Shown piece after piece: positions 50,322-64,000 of a DNA stretch of 64,000 nt. Position numbers and translations under genes: made by a program. The number at the start of each line of letters is the position of its first letter. The stretch's first letter is position 1. The stretch is taken from the NCBI GenBank assembly GCA_043228905.1, contig JBHGNT010000001.1, positions 31,372,001 through 31,436,000 on the forward strand. The letters run 5' to 3'. The notes beneath the pieces are model-generated. The model made no database searches. It was not told the origin of the DNA and worked only from the letters and a program-made list of their open reading frames with translations. The DNA comes from Azolla caroliniana. Its lineage: Eukaryota; Plantae; Polypodiophyta.

Positions 50322-53300
50322 CTCACTTTGCCCTAAACAAGTTCAAGAGATTGAATATCACACTTTGATACAATGCTCTGCTTGTGATCATATTCAACCA
50401 TGCTTTCCACGCATCTTTGACCAAGCCCAATCCTTGCACGAATTTCTCTCACAACCATAATGTGCACTCTTGATTGCAACAATCATTGGTAAAGTTCTTG
50501 AACATCGAGAGTCGCTACTCACTTTCACATGTATAACGTGAAATGTAATATCTTTGGTCTCATAGGTCATATTTGACCTCCAAAGACAATACTATAATGT
50601 ACCTCTCTCTCTCTCTCTCTCTACGAGATTTCTATTCATGGGTATTGGCTTTCTATCTATATATAAAGAGGATCCAAATTTCAATGTGAGTATTGTATTC
50701 TAAAATCCCAAAACATTATCATGATTTTCAATATTCTTGAATATCCAATTGTACACATGAAAAAGGAGCTTGATTTATCATTAAAAAGTGTTTAAAATCG
50801 TGATCCGTGTTTTCCTTACATTTGTTTATGTTGTTTACATGTTTGTTTCTCATGTAGAAGATTTCTTAGGGATGTCATGTGATTTGCAAGATTTGTGTTG
50901 CAAACAATATAAGATATCAACATAGAAACTAGCATGATTGACAATCTATTTGTGATACAAGAGATGTTTCTAATATTGTAAACATTTATACTTACTTCAA
51001 TGTTAGTTTATTTGTTTGCTTGATGTGTCATATTGGCTTTAATGTTGTATTTCAGTAATCCTTTCAAAAGGCTAAATGTGTGTGTGTAAGTTATGGATGT
51101 TAAATTTGATATTGCACGAGTCTGGTTTAGTGGCTCTTCTTTAATCGGGTTATTTGTTCGGATATGTTATACAATGTGAATATATTGAGGTGCATGCATT
51201 TCATCGAAACTTTATTGTAGAAACATTTTTCCGTGATTGTCAAATGTGATTTGGAATCAATATGTGTTTTACAGGGACAGATGTAGTGTGGTATTTATAG
51301 CAAGCTTCCTTGTTTTTCAAATCAGGTAAGAAATTTCAAAATATTGATGTCATGATTTCAAAAATACTGATCAATTTTACGAGTGTCATAATCAAGCATT
51401 AAAATTTGTGTGTGTATTTGAAGGAACTCAAAAACAAAATGAAACAAATACTTGTTTGTACCACACGTGTTTCCTTTCTTCATTATTCTTTCTTCATTAT
51501 TCTAACATGATTTTTGTAAATTGTATCCCCCAAAAGAGAGTGATTTCTATCAAAGCATTCGTTACTCATGTCAGACATTCATGTTGTGTAAGAACCCGAT
51601 TGAGAACTCGACATGCTATTTTGGACTGCCGATTTAAGTTTACACAAATTACTAAAGATTGCAAAAAACAACAACAAAAAAGAAATGCCAAAGCCTTTGT
51701 ACTTTTATTGCCGAATCGATAAACTCATGATCGAATACATAAGTTTCATGCCAAACCATTCCTTGACCATCAAATGTATGACCGAACATAAAAATTCTTA
51801 ATGTTATTAAAGATGCCTACAACAATGCTGAGAATCGGCAAGGTCTATGAGAATGTGAACCATCTCATATATCAAGACTACACGAGCAATCTCAAGAGTT
51901 GTGTGTGATTATGTGCATGTATTAAAAGTCTAATGAATTAAATGACATTTTTAAGATTACAAATGTTACTCAACTTATGCAAGTTAAATCTAGACTAATA
52001 GAGAACCGTGAGCACATGCATCAAGAATCAAAAGAAAACCTAGGTAGAGTCGAGTGTACACACATATGCAAGAAACTAGCCAAAGTAAGAATGAGAAGCC
52101 CAATAGGGATTGGAACCTTCAAGATGCTCATCATTTTTAACAGACGTGTCTTTTCTGTACTAAAACATATTTGCTTAGTGTACAAGGAACTAATATGTCC
52201 ATCATTTACTTGCAAACATTGTCATTGGTTTCACAAATTGATTTTCAGGTCATGGTCTTTGTTCATGATTTCGTTCCTACAATCATGTTTGCATTAAATC
52301 TGATCCAAATTTCGTTGATATCTCATATTTTCATTCCAACTGAATCCATTGAAAGTCAAACATGGAAACTTGGATAGAACGAATTATAAGTCTTTAAATC
52401 TCATTCCGCAATGTATGTTGAAAGTGAAAAGTTGAAATGTGACTATACTATGAAAGGAGTCTTGAGTAAAGCCAACTCACTTTATCCAACTATGCAACGG
52501 GTCCTTATGGAATATTGTGAACCACACATGTCGATAAAGAAAAACGTATCCATATTTCAAATAGTCTTTGAGTTAGATTGTCACTTGAAACATTAGGTGC
52601 TTTCTAGATTCCATTCCTCGGGGTTCGATATCAAAACTATTGTATATGCCGTGGATCACATTTTGGCAATATAGATCCCAATTCATTCCACTTTCTAGCT
52701 TCCCAACATGGAGATTAGTGACAACAAGCTTACTAACCTACGTACAATGCAATCTTGAGGGAATCAATATTATTGGCTCTATTATAGTGGTAAAAAAAAA
52801 CAATAATGGTTGATGATTACAATGACAAAGGTAGTGTAACACCACCATGTATGCATTTGAAATACGAAGTAGTGAATTGTTTTAGTCATATACAACATAA
52901 TTATCTTTCACTACGTTTGTAATAAAGTTGAACACATCATGTACAAGCTAGGCATGCCAAATGGGTTGCATGATAGCTTTTCTATCATATATATTATAAT
53001 GAAGTATACTAACTTCAATTCTCCTAGCAACATTAAGCTAGGACTATTCTTTTATTTTGCTTTAGTCCATAGATCAAGAAAAACGATACATAATGGAGCA
53101 CATTGACCATTGATTTGCATTTGTCCCCCCTTTAAGTTTTAGGATCACTTTTTACGGTTTACTTTTAACCATGTTTTGTGATTTTATTTTTTTATCAATT
53201 TACATTTCTACAACAACAACTTGCATTCTCAAAATCTCTCTCACACACACTCTCTCTAGCTAGTAGGAACGTAGACTTGATGAAATACATCAAGTCTCGT

Positions 53301-56265
53301 AGGGAGAATATATATGCACCTTGATGAAATGATGGACAAAGATAGTTGGTATTCCAAGTATTCCTATATGGGATGTATGTTTAGTCAATTTCATATTATC
53401 TAATGCTAAATTATCTTTAACTCCCCTATATAAGTTGTTTAGGAAGAAGGCTAGCCCCTTCTAAATAGAACATTGAGACAACACAAACGACATCTCTACG
53501 ATGAGCAAATGAGGATACACTCATTGAGATAGAGGAACATATGACAACAAGTATGTGGCCAAAGTAAGGGACAAGGAGGCATAATGCACCTTCTAGTCGA
53601 TGCTTGGGGTTGTAACAACCAAACATGGAAGGCAAATGAACCTAAAACTCTACCTTTGTATCTTCCTAAGTCATCATTGAACATTTCTAATCTTACAACT
53701 TATTTATCCCACCCTCCACCAATTCCCTAAAACTAACACTATTCCATAGAATGAACTTTTATTTTCCTTATACACTTGTACCCTTAGTTAGCTTGTAATG
53801 GGAGGAGAAAGTTTTAGACTATTTTTATAATGGGAGGAGAAGCTTATAATGGGATGATATTGACCTATTCCTATTTTGTTAATTGTTTATCACTTTTGTT
53901 GTATGTATCATCACGGCAGTCACGATACGAAGTTCAATAGCACAACATTTTTCAAAGCATTTTTTAAATAACCTCAAAAGGTCCAAAACGTAACCAAATT
54001 TGCATATGCATATTTGGTTTATGAAAGGATGAGATATCCATCTTTGGTTTATGAAAGGAATGAAGCAACAAGACCATATAGTTTAAAACCTTATCTCTTA
54101 TTTGTTGCAATTAATTTGCATATGCTTGCAATTAGAAAACATGCATTTGAGACTTTAGACGTCTCAATATCGACATTGTACAAACATGATCATTTCCATA
54201 CATGAACCCTAACCATCTTGCAATAAATATTGCATAGCATATGAAAACTTTGTTTAAAAGATGGTGTGGTTCCTGAAGATTCATACCACATTGATCTACA
54301 TAAAATATCTCAACATCATAATTATTACAAGATAATCTATAGCTACAGTAATGGGGTTTTTATGTACGACCAATAGCTTATACCATTTTCCATTGGAATG
54401 GGCACTCAAATTCCTATTCAAATGCATCAATTGACGTAAAAATATATTGACCACTCAATGGCAACTTGAAAGAGAATTTATTTGTTTATAAAAAGATCAC
54501 AAAGTTTTTTTTTTGAACATTTCTTGGCAAGGATTCACCTTAGTGGATCTTGAGATTTTACAAATATGACTATTTAATAAAATATGTATTTCGAGAGCTT
54601 GATCGGGCTAGAGCACACATGTTTGTGTAGGTGCGTGGGTGTGTGAGCATGCATGCATATAGAAAGCATGCAATGTCAAAAAATGTAACGGCCTACTAGG
54701 ATAGCCAATGCACCAAGATCCTTTAAAGGATTTAGCCAATATAAATTCTGGGATTATGTGCTTACGTTGCATAGGAGATGCCTCAATGGATAAATGCTTT
54801 AAGTGGCAATTATTTATGATTATTACTTAAACACATATGTATTACACAAGTTTGTTTAATGTTGCCATGGTATTTCTTTAAAGAATAAACATGAGATTAT
54901 TTAAGATTATGACTTACTAGACAAGTTGTTACATTAACTTGTATTGCTTTGCATGTGTGACCTTCAATAGTAGATGAAAACCAAGTGACAAATACCTCTT
55001 TTGCATTTAGAATAATCACAAGTACATTTTCAAATTTACATGAAGTGAATACCTAGAATTCTCACTCATGCAAAAGTTTGTCCTTCAACTTGACATACAT
55101 TTGAATCACGTATGAATTCAATGTTTTGCAACTAATGGTCATTTCAAAGAATGAGCACCCTTTGCAATACATATGGTTTAAAGCACTAATCTAGAACAAG
55201 AAATTGGATATGACAAGAAAATTATTTTATAATTCATGCCCAATTTATGAAGACATGAGTATTAATGCGATAATGTGATATAACATTAATGCTTATGGAT
55301 GGTAAAAGCCAATACCCAATCAATGATGACAACAAAATATCCATGCAATTGATTGTTGGTGCTCATCGATCACATTTATATTCTTGCTTTCAACCACCTC
55401 TGTAACATTAGAAAACATCATAAAGGATAGGTTTAAAGAAATGTTTGTTCCAATTCACATTGTGGGTATGGTGCATCTTTTGCATATTCAAGTTATAACA
55501 CTATGGATTGGTGCATTGTTTGTATTTATATATTACAACGGCCAACACATCAAAAGTAGTGCAATCAATATGATTATAGTGATTTGCGAGCTTTCATATG
55601 TATATATTTTGATTGAAGATTGATGTGATGGGAACCAACCTAATAGTTATGTGTAAGCGTTTAATTTTGTCGTTATTAAGGCCCCGCATATTATTGCACT
55701 TTAAACTCTTAAGAAATTATTATATGATTAAAAGTTAAAACTTACACTTGCAAACCAGCTTTTCAAAGCTACAAAAGTTCAATTATGGAACTTATACCTG
55801 TTGATGTAACTAGAAATTCAATATCCTTGCGTTAACAAATGTGGTGACAAGCATTTTGAAGAACTACTTTCTAAATGTCTGTTATTGGTTGAGGCAATTG
55901 ATTGCTTACGAAACAAGTTTCAATGACGGCCAATCAATACACTTATTCCACTCTTTTTATCATGCGTTTATGTGTACTTCTAAACATCAAAATTTTCAAA
56001 TTGTGATCTAGCGACTAGCCCCCAATGAATCTTCCAATCCAAACAACTAGATCTTACCAGTAACAACCAACAAGCTAATGGCACAAGGAAAAACAAACTT
56101 GTATGCAAGATGTAAGAAGAAAGGAATGCCCACATCCCCCCCACACACACATATGTTCAAGATTAGAGATGTTGTAGCCAAGAAATAGTTGTATGCTAGA
56201 CAAACCCAAAGGAAAAGTAATAGCCATAATCAACCATACATGCATTTGCGTGCGTGCGTGTGCGA

Positions 56266-56280
<15 letters not shown>

Positions 56281-56358
<78 letters not shown>
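56281..56358. repeat. Compound (TG)n/(AG)n microsatellite
   Basis: Directly visible. Confidence 0.95.
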
Positions 56359-56360
<2 letters not shown>

Positions 56361-57581
56361 AATGCTAAATCTCTCTTAACAAAGGTAGAATAATTGAACT
56401 CTAGTATTTTTAAGTTAGGTTCACAAAACTAAAAGGTTTTGTTGCAAGGTTACTCATTGCCTCTCGGAAGTACACCAAGAGCTAGTAAATGTTCGATGTA
56501 ACCACTAATAATACTAGACAAGAAATTGAAATAAAATTGGCATCAATCACATGTCATAGTGGGTTGGAATCCGAGCTTAGTGCATTGGGTTGGAAGAAGA
56601 GCTTTTTGCGTTGGAGTCATTAGGGCAATAATGGTATTTTTACTAACTCTGCTATTGTAGGCTAGACTCACCACGAGTGTGGTGGTGTTTATTAAAGTTT
56701 ACATACTCTAAGGTAAGATGTAAAGTAAAATGAAAGTAGAGACAATATTTTTAGGAGCTACGTTTTGAAACAAAATGTTTATACAATATAAAACTTAGGA
56801 TGTCTTTATTCAAATCTCGTGTCCATAGAATGAACTTGAGAAAAAAGAAAGCGCACAATGAACTTGTCAAATGTGTAAAGTTCATTGGAGGGTAGAAATA
56901 GTCAGTAGTTGTATGACAAAGCAAACAAAAGCTTTTGCAGGCTCAAAAATTTCCTCTTTAGTGTTTGCATTTTCTACTTTGCTCAGTGATCTGACACGAA
57001 ATCAATTACAAGCACCACGTTTTCAAGAGCCCAAGTCTCTGATGGACATACAGGTTGTGTCAGCTTTGCCTTTCACTGTTGTTTGACACTTGATGGATCT
57101 CATGTATACAGATTGTAAGTTGTAACTATTATTTGTTATAAGGAGTTTCTGTTTTATAATATAATGTAATAAATTAAGGGAAATTTATGTATGTGAAAAA
57201 TAAAAATAATACAATGTGATTAACACACGGATGTTTCGAAAAATAGATAATTTTACGTTGAAAAATGTACAAATCTTGAGTAGCATATAACCCCCACTCA
57301 TAAATCCTCTTTACATGTGATTGATTTATCATCCTAAAGAAATGTTGGCCAATATATAGGTATAAAAAACGCATATAAATATATTCATGTATATTTATAT
57401 GCATGTTGGTATAGGATGCTTACAAGGTTTGTAACTATGAAGTTCAAACTACATTCTTGAATCTTGAGTGTGAGTAAGCTAGGAATGTGGAAGAGATTTT
57501 TTCGCTCTAGTTTCCCATTCTCCGTGGGTTACATAGATAACATTAGATCATTGATTGCACGAGTATATGCAAAAATGCGAA

Positions 57582-58821
57582 TCATCCTCGTAAAGAGTGG
57601 ACTGACAACGAGGCTTGAGGGTTGCCAGGAGCTAGAGAGAGAATATGTTGTGATTGGCTTGCTTGAAGGAGAAGGGCAACCTCCGCGGCCGCCATGGCCA
57701 CATCCTGCATGTAAGCGTAATTACATACACCCCGATGTTGTGCATGTCTCATTAGTTATGTTTGACAAAACATGTGTGTTTCTAACATTTACACATGTGA
57801 ACATAAACATACTCGCACTGAACACACGTGTATATCCATCCCTATGTACACATAAACATCTACCCACACCTAGCCTAGGGCCTTCGTTTAATGATCAATA
57901 TCCATCCACCTTACCTGTCTTTGGTTTCTTCTTTGTAGCATATTCATGGCTCTCACCATGATGTAGCAAGGTAGGAGAAAGCCAACGGCCCTTAGGACAA
58001 AGAGCTAAACAACCAAAAAAATTTAAAGTTGTTAGAAGGTTCATATGCTTTCTAACGAATTGTAGGCATAGATATACAAGCATATACCGTGAAAAACATT
58101 GATGCATCCTCGTTCGTGTGAATCGTAACTGTGGCCATGGCAATTGCATGGCGCAAAAGCAACAACGCCATTAACTACAATTATAATAAACATAAGAAAA
58201 TGACAAGTTTTTAATGACACCTTTACATTGGAAACCTAACAACCAAAAGAAATAGTTTTACCATGGTTCATTTACCTACTTAAATAACCATTTTGAAAGT
58301 ATGAGCATTGAATCAAGAAATCACATGAACCTCGAGAATAGTAAAAATGCATAATTTGGGGACATTAATAAGTCATTCTCTTGTTTAATTTCCCACGTCG
58401 GGATGAAGAGGGATGTTCATTTGCAAGGTACAATGCGGAGAGACAAGGATCCCTAATTCAAACAAGTTAGCATCAAAACCCATACCAATTACATAACAAT
58501 AGTGAGCATTCTGATTTGTCCAGGAAGATTGGTTCAACCTTGGGCTCAAACATACAACAAACTATTATGTGCTCTACTCTACTACGGAAAGGAAAAATAC
58601 TAACCCACCCTACTTTTAACCGTTGAAAACGCCCCTAAGAGCAAAGACATGAATCTTCGACGACTACGTCTTGTATTGTGAACTAATGTCAATCCTCAGT
58701 CGCATGCAATATGTGGGTCGTGGCAACATGTTAAATCTATATAAGGGTTTATATAGAAGAATGTGATACGACAATATCGATGTTCCTCATGTGGGAATAC
58801 CGTATGTTGGCTTCACACAAT

Positions 58822-58862
<41 letters not shown>

Positions 58863-58913
58863 CCAATGTGGGTCAAATATTGTGGCTACTACCTTATGTT
58901 GGCTTCACACACT

Positions 58914-58950
<37 letters not shown>

Positions 58951-61083
58951 CGAATGTGGGTCAAATATTGTGGCTAGCCTTGCTAAAGGCAGTAGCGGTT
59001 CCATTTTGGAAGACCTGGAAAATGTGATGCAATCAATAGGGTCCCTCCCATAGGTAGTGTGAAAGCAGGAGGAGGGGCCTATATATATATATATATATAG
59101 CAGGCTGAAAAGATGGGCCCTTTTTTAAATACATATGTAGGTGCTATTTGAGTTAGTACTAATGGATGGATTGGATTGGATGGGTAGACCAAACCCCATC
59201 AAAAGAACAGATTGGCCCCTCTGTTATGGACACAGAGGTCTGTCTATGTGTGTACACTGTACACTACACTACAGTTTCCCCCTTTGGACAATATACAAAT
59301 GTTACTTACCCCTACAGTAACAATATAGGTCCTAGGAAACAGAGATTTGTGCTCCTGTGCATACATATACATACATATCAAGTATAATCAAGGGTTTTTT
59401 AGGGTTTCATTTCTATAGCTTTTTCCCTTTATTCCCTCAGGGGCTTCCCTTCCTGGAGTTTGAATGCATGAAGTTGAATGATATAAGTAAAAGATTTTAA
59501 TTTGAAGAACCTAGAGATTCGGAAGTTAAATAAATGCTCTTTCAAACTCTCATGGCCCTTGATTTTGATGGCTTGGTTGTTAAGCATACTAATTTTAGGG
59601 TTTTAATATCCGGTTCAATAATTAAGGGATGTGATTAGCAAATTGAAGGAGCTCGTGTACTTAAATGAAACCAGTGATTAAGGAGTAAGGGTTGAGAGAA
59701 GGTGTGATTAAGGGTGTGGGTCGGGTTCATTAACAATTACTGAATGCAGCTAGCACAGGAGTTTAGCAACAGGAAAAAAGATGTGATTAGCAGAGGAGAG
59801 GGTTCTGAACGATGATTAACGGAAATTGCTTTAGAGGGAGTGATGATGATTACTTACGATTAGGGCAGCCGAGCGGCAACAGGCAGCGCTACTCGAGTTG
59901 GCCTCTTCGTATTGGGCGTCCAAGAACCGCCTTTGAGCCGCCGCCATCGCCACTTGCAGCTCCATGCTGTATTCCTCGCTATTTATGTATATTTATTCAC
60001 ACGTTTGACAACAACAAATAAATTAATCTTTTTGATGAGTTACTAATTATATACTATCAATTGGGCACCATCCCAACTCTTCATTCAGGAGAGACATTAA
60101 TTTTAATGGCACTCTTCATTCCTCACCCGAGGGGGCATTAATTACGTAATTAGGCAGGTAATATCTTTTTAACAAAAAATACCCGAAATCCACAGCGATT
60201 TCGTTGCGTGAAAGTGGAGATGCTGTGGCAGTGTAGCCGCTCCTGAAAGGCTGCAAATAATCAACGTAAAATTAGCAGGAATAATAACAGAAATTAGGAG
60301 ACCAATAAAAGACCCATATTCCATAATTATTACCACAAATGAAAACCCCTTTCCTAATTTTGGACTTGGTTTTCAATCGGACACTTAATTACATCAACAG
60401 AATTGCAATTAATCCACCCTGATAATTAGTATAACAAGCTATCTATGATCTGCTTGGTATTACAGGGTTCCTTGCTCGATCATGCGCAAAGAACCGAGTC
60501 ATAAATGTTGAGTGATCTTGATTAAACAGGATATATTGGTTTTGAAGAGGAGGAAGCACTTCATCACAAGTAGTGGCAAGCCCTAACTAATGAAGGACAA
60601 CAGTGATTTTATTTAAACCAACCAGCTCATCAGATGGAGAGAGAGAAAAAAGAAAAAAGAAAACCTAAAGAAAATAATTACCTGTTGACAAATCTCGCAG
60701 ATTATGTCGCCCTTCTCGTCACACCAGCGCTGAACACACTTTCGGTGCGCATACTGCGTTATTTCACAGCAGTAAAATATGTTGTTATAAAAAATCAGAC
60801 ACTAAAAACACCAGAACAGAAACACAGAACAGGATTGCTTCACTGATAATGAGAAAGAAAGAGAAACAAACATATAATCAAACAAATGATTGAATTCTGA
60901 CAGGTAGGGTACCTGTATGCTTCCAGAGCAAGCGCAGGGTCTCTCTAAGTTCACCATATCTTCTTCTTCTTCGTGGCAGATCCTGCATTCTGCAGAGAAT
61001 CCGTCGTGGTTATGGTCAGCATTTCGACCACTCCGCTTACCATTGGCATCGGAAACAGAGATGACATGAATGAGCTTCGCCAT
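57582..61083 (-). CDS. RING-CH (MARCH-type) E3 ubiquitin ligase with DUF3675-like membrane region, 7 exons
   Basis: Exons 61083-60913 (CRICHEEE...PCACSGSIQ), 60753-60682 (YAHRKCVQRWCDEKGDIICEICQQ), 60250-60183, 59978-59858 (CCRSAALI), about 58175-58089 (LMALLLLRHA), about 58003-57914 (LFVLRAVGFLLPCYIMVRAM), about 57704-57582. C4HC3 ligand pattern intact. Confidence 0.93.
58803..58976. repeat. Intronic tandem duplication (about 90 bp), each copy containing an (AG)n tract
   Basis: TATGTTGGCTTCACACA.TTAT(AG)nGATGC.AATGTGGGTCAAATATTGTGGCTA at 58803 and 58895. Confidence 0.9.
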
Positions 61084-61662
61084 GGCCGCCACAATTGGGC
61101 AACACAGGAAGAAAGGGGTAGATTTGGGAAGCTGTCATAAGAAAGGATGAAGAGAGGAAGGGAGGAAGAAGCAGAAGAAGAAGAAGAAGAAGAAGAAGAA
61201 GAAGAAGAAGGGCGAGGCTGTGCGTTTTAGCTTTGCCATGTGAGAGACACACACCCCCCCCCCCCCTTTCCAATGAAAAGCAAAAGCAAAAAAGCAAAAA
61301 GCAAAAAGCGAAAGCGAAAGCGAAAGCAGGAAAGAAAGGAGAAGAAGCTCTCTCCTCCTGTTTTCTCTCGATCTTGTTCTGATGTGTGCTTGTTGTCTAA
61401 TTCTTTTGGTTTCTGGTTTGTTTAATCGAATCGTTCAAAAATTAGGGAAGCAGAGGCAGCATGATTTTATGTACTTACATACTGTAATCTCTAATTCTGT
61501 CCTGCTCCCCCCCTCCTCTGTGAGGAGGTCATGGGTTCAAAACCTGGGTTTTTAGTTGCTATGATTTATATGTATATCACTCTGAGCTCTCCCTCTTTCT
61601 TAAAAAAAAGAACACAGGAAAATGAATGTGGCCCCCCCTCCCCTCTCCATTTTCTGATTTTG

Positions 61663-61706
<44 letters not shown>

Positions 61707-64000
61707 ACATTTGGTGAAAGGAGTGACTCATTTCATCTCCGGAAAACTACACCATTACAAGTCCATCACTGAGAGATCGGTGTTTTTCTCTCACACAATG
61801 GTCTTCTCTTCTTCATGCGAAGCCATTCTATTTCGTGAGCATGCGCGTCTACTTGTTTGTTTGTTTGTGTGTGTGTGTGTGTGTGTGTATGTGTGTGTCC
61901 ATTCAATATATGCTCGAGCAGACATTGTCATGTGTGCATCATGCACGTGTGAGTCAAGCTATTCCCCCTCTCATGTAATCACACATCCTATAATAACAAT
62001 ATATATGTGTGTGACAACTACGTTGGATCAAAACTAGTACACCAAGATCATTCTATCTATCACACCAATTGTGCCCACCTCGCATACCTTTTAGAACACC
62101 TCACGAAAGTGGGTTTGGTTTAAACGAAGTTCAAAGACGACATTGTGGGATGGCTTCAGACCTTGCTTGGAACCTTCGGAATATAGTCACTTCCATCTAT
62201 CATTGTTCAAACAAGAAAGTTGAGCATATTAACAATGTAGTCATTTTAATACCCTTCACAAAATGTTACTTATTAGATCCTTGGTCAAGCAAAGGAGGAT
62301 TTATAGCTTACTGATGCAAACACACACACACACACACAATAATAATAGATTCATATCCGCATGGGGTAGTAATATATTAGAAATATTAATAAAGTATAGG
62401 GCGGTAGTGGTCCATCGGTTAATGATAAACATCAAATTAATTCAATCATGTGCCAAGGAAGAGCAAGCAATGTGTTCGCTAAGCATATGTTTATATATAA
62501 ATAATAAGACCCACAATCCACTTATTAGAATTTTGATTGAGCACGACAAATGATTGTAAGCATGTGTAGATTCTCTTTGCTCTACCTTAAATTTGGAAGT
62601 AACATGATTTCTACCCACTCTCTTTCTCTCTTGTATTTTCTAGAAGAATTATCATCCTCACTATTATTCGGGCCTACTTGCATGAAAGTGTCTTGCTTTT
62701 ATTTATTCCGACCGACATGAAGGAATTGTCTTTCTTTATGATTTGTGAAATAAGTCACACTTTGGCATTATTGTTCTATGTGTTTCCTTAAGTCTACCCG
62801 TGGATACGTGTATCTACACCAACGATAACAATAGTTAGCATTTATTGCATGGAAAATCACTTTAGGACAATGGCTACCATTAGACCTTCAAAAGCTTGAA
62901 GTGAGCCCAACTCCTATACAAGAAAGCCCAGTAGAATATTATATATAAGACAAGGCCCATGATTAGACAAAGTTTGAAATTGGAATTCCTCTCTTGAAAT
63001 CGTGGGTTGAACTTGAAAGCAACTAGGAGCAAAACCTTCTACACAAGCAAATGCCTTTTATGGAATTGCCCTGATGAAGGATGAGTTTCTACGCATGTTG
63101 GAACCAACTTTGACGATTGGGTCAAAAACTTATTTCTCCATCTGATTGGTAGAAGAACTCGTACCAACAAATAATTGATCATACTAGTTATGTATGGTAC
63201 ACTTGGAACAATTTAGACCTTCGTGATTGCCACCACCTTTTAGCATGAAGAATAAGTTGTAAGTTTAACCATAAGTATATTTGTTTGCTTCAATCCTTAT
63301 TAACATTTGAGGGCGTTCCATTAATTGGATTGGGGTGATTCTAAAATATTAGAGACCTCATTTAGACAATCTTACCTCTTAACATCCATCATTTCATATC
63401 TAAATTAAGGGGCGCGTCCATTAAAAAAAAACCGTTTGAGTTGACTATAATTAAAAATATTGGGGGAGAGAATATATATAACTTGTGTCTCGAGGAGCGT
63501 ACCATAGCTAGTGATGCCATGAATCGTAGGTACATTATTTGAATCATGTGGGGTGCTCAAGCATGTTGGTATTATCATGGAGATGGATGTGGCAAAGTGA
63601 TGTCTTTTTTGTATATGCTATTGTTATAGTAACCTTACTTGTGTAGGTGTGCAAAAATGATATATTTTTGTATGTACAACATGAAAGTAGCCTAGGCTCT
63701 CTAATGCATAGGTATTGTGTATATACATGACATGTGGATTTTCTTCAGCTATGATGAGTGCTTTATGCAGATCTTGCTAGCTATCAGTTGTTACTAGTAT
63801 ACAAGGCAAGACAAGAAGGTCGATATTTGCCATCCTTTTCTTCGTTCATTAAAGACTTAGTAGGATAAGCATATTATTCACCAATTTGAAGCGAACATGT
63901 CATCAACGTTCAATTTATAATAACCTATTGGTGGATGATTCCTTTGATCAAAGTGTTTGGTAACATGCACATGCATAGCTACACGAGGGCAAACTAGAGG

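Noticed and set aside
53273-53297. 10-bp stem hairpin AGACTTGATG/CATCAAGTCT
   Set aside because: Too short to distinguish from chance in 64 kb.
49500-57400. 8-kb gene-free AT-rich interval with scattered short ORFs
   Set aside because: No coherent exon chain or protein motif found. Likely decayed repeats.

Overview
Eukaryotic land-plant nuclear DNA: AT-rich, GT-AG introns, many (AG)n/(TG)n/(TATG)n microsatellites. A fern or other seed-free plant is an inference from overall style and cannot be proven here. Nine protein-coding genes can be reconstructed by hand: a class IV HD-ZIP (+), an intronless subfamily VIII bHLH (-), an SLC25A44-type mitochondrial carrier (-), a DUF1218 membrane protein (+), a GDSL lipase (-), an atypical NAC-domain protein (+), a TGA-type bZIP/DOG1 factor (-), a short plastid trigger-factor N-domain protein (+) and a RING-CH/DUF3675 E3 ligase (-). 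Intergenic DNA holds a decayed copia RT fragment, a Mutator-like MITE, a poly(A)-tailed retroposed insert with a 17-bp TSD and several tandem arrays. The most unusual locus is about 38.9-41.3 kb. There a near-perfect 80-bp-arm hairpin and paired G-boxes precede a gene with reversed NAC architecture: acidic, EAR-motif N-terminus and a divergent NAC domain at the C-terminus. Exon boundaries were read by eye, 5' ends are the least certain parts, and family assignments rest on recalled motifs, not database searches.
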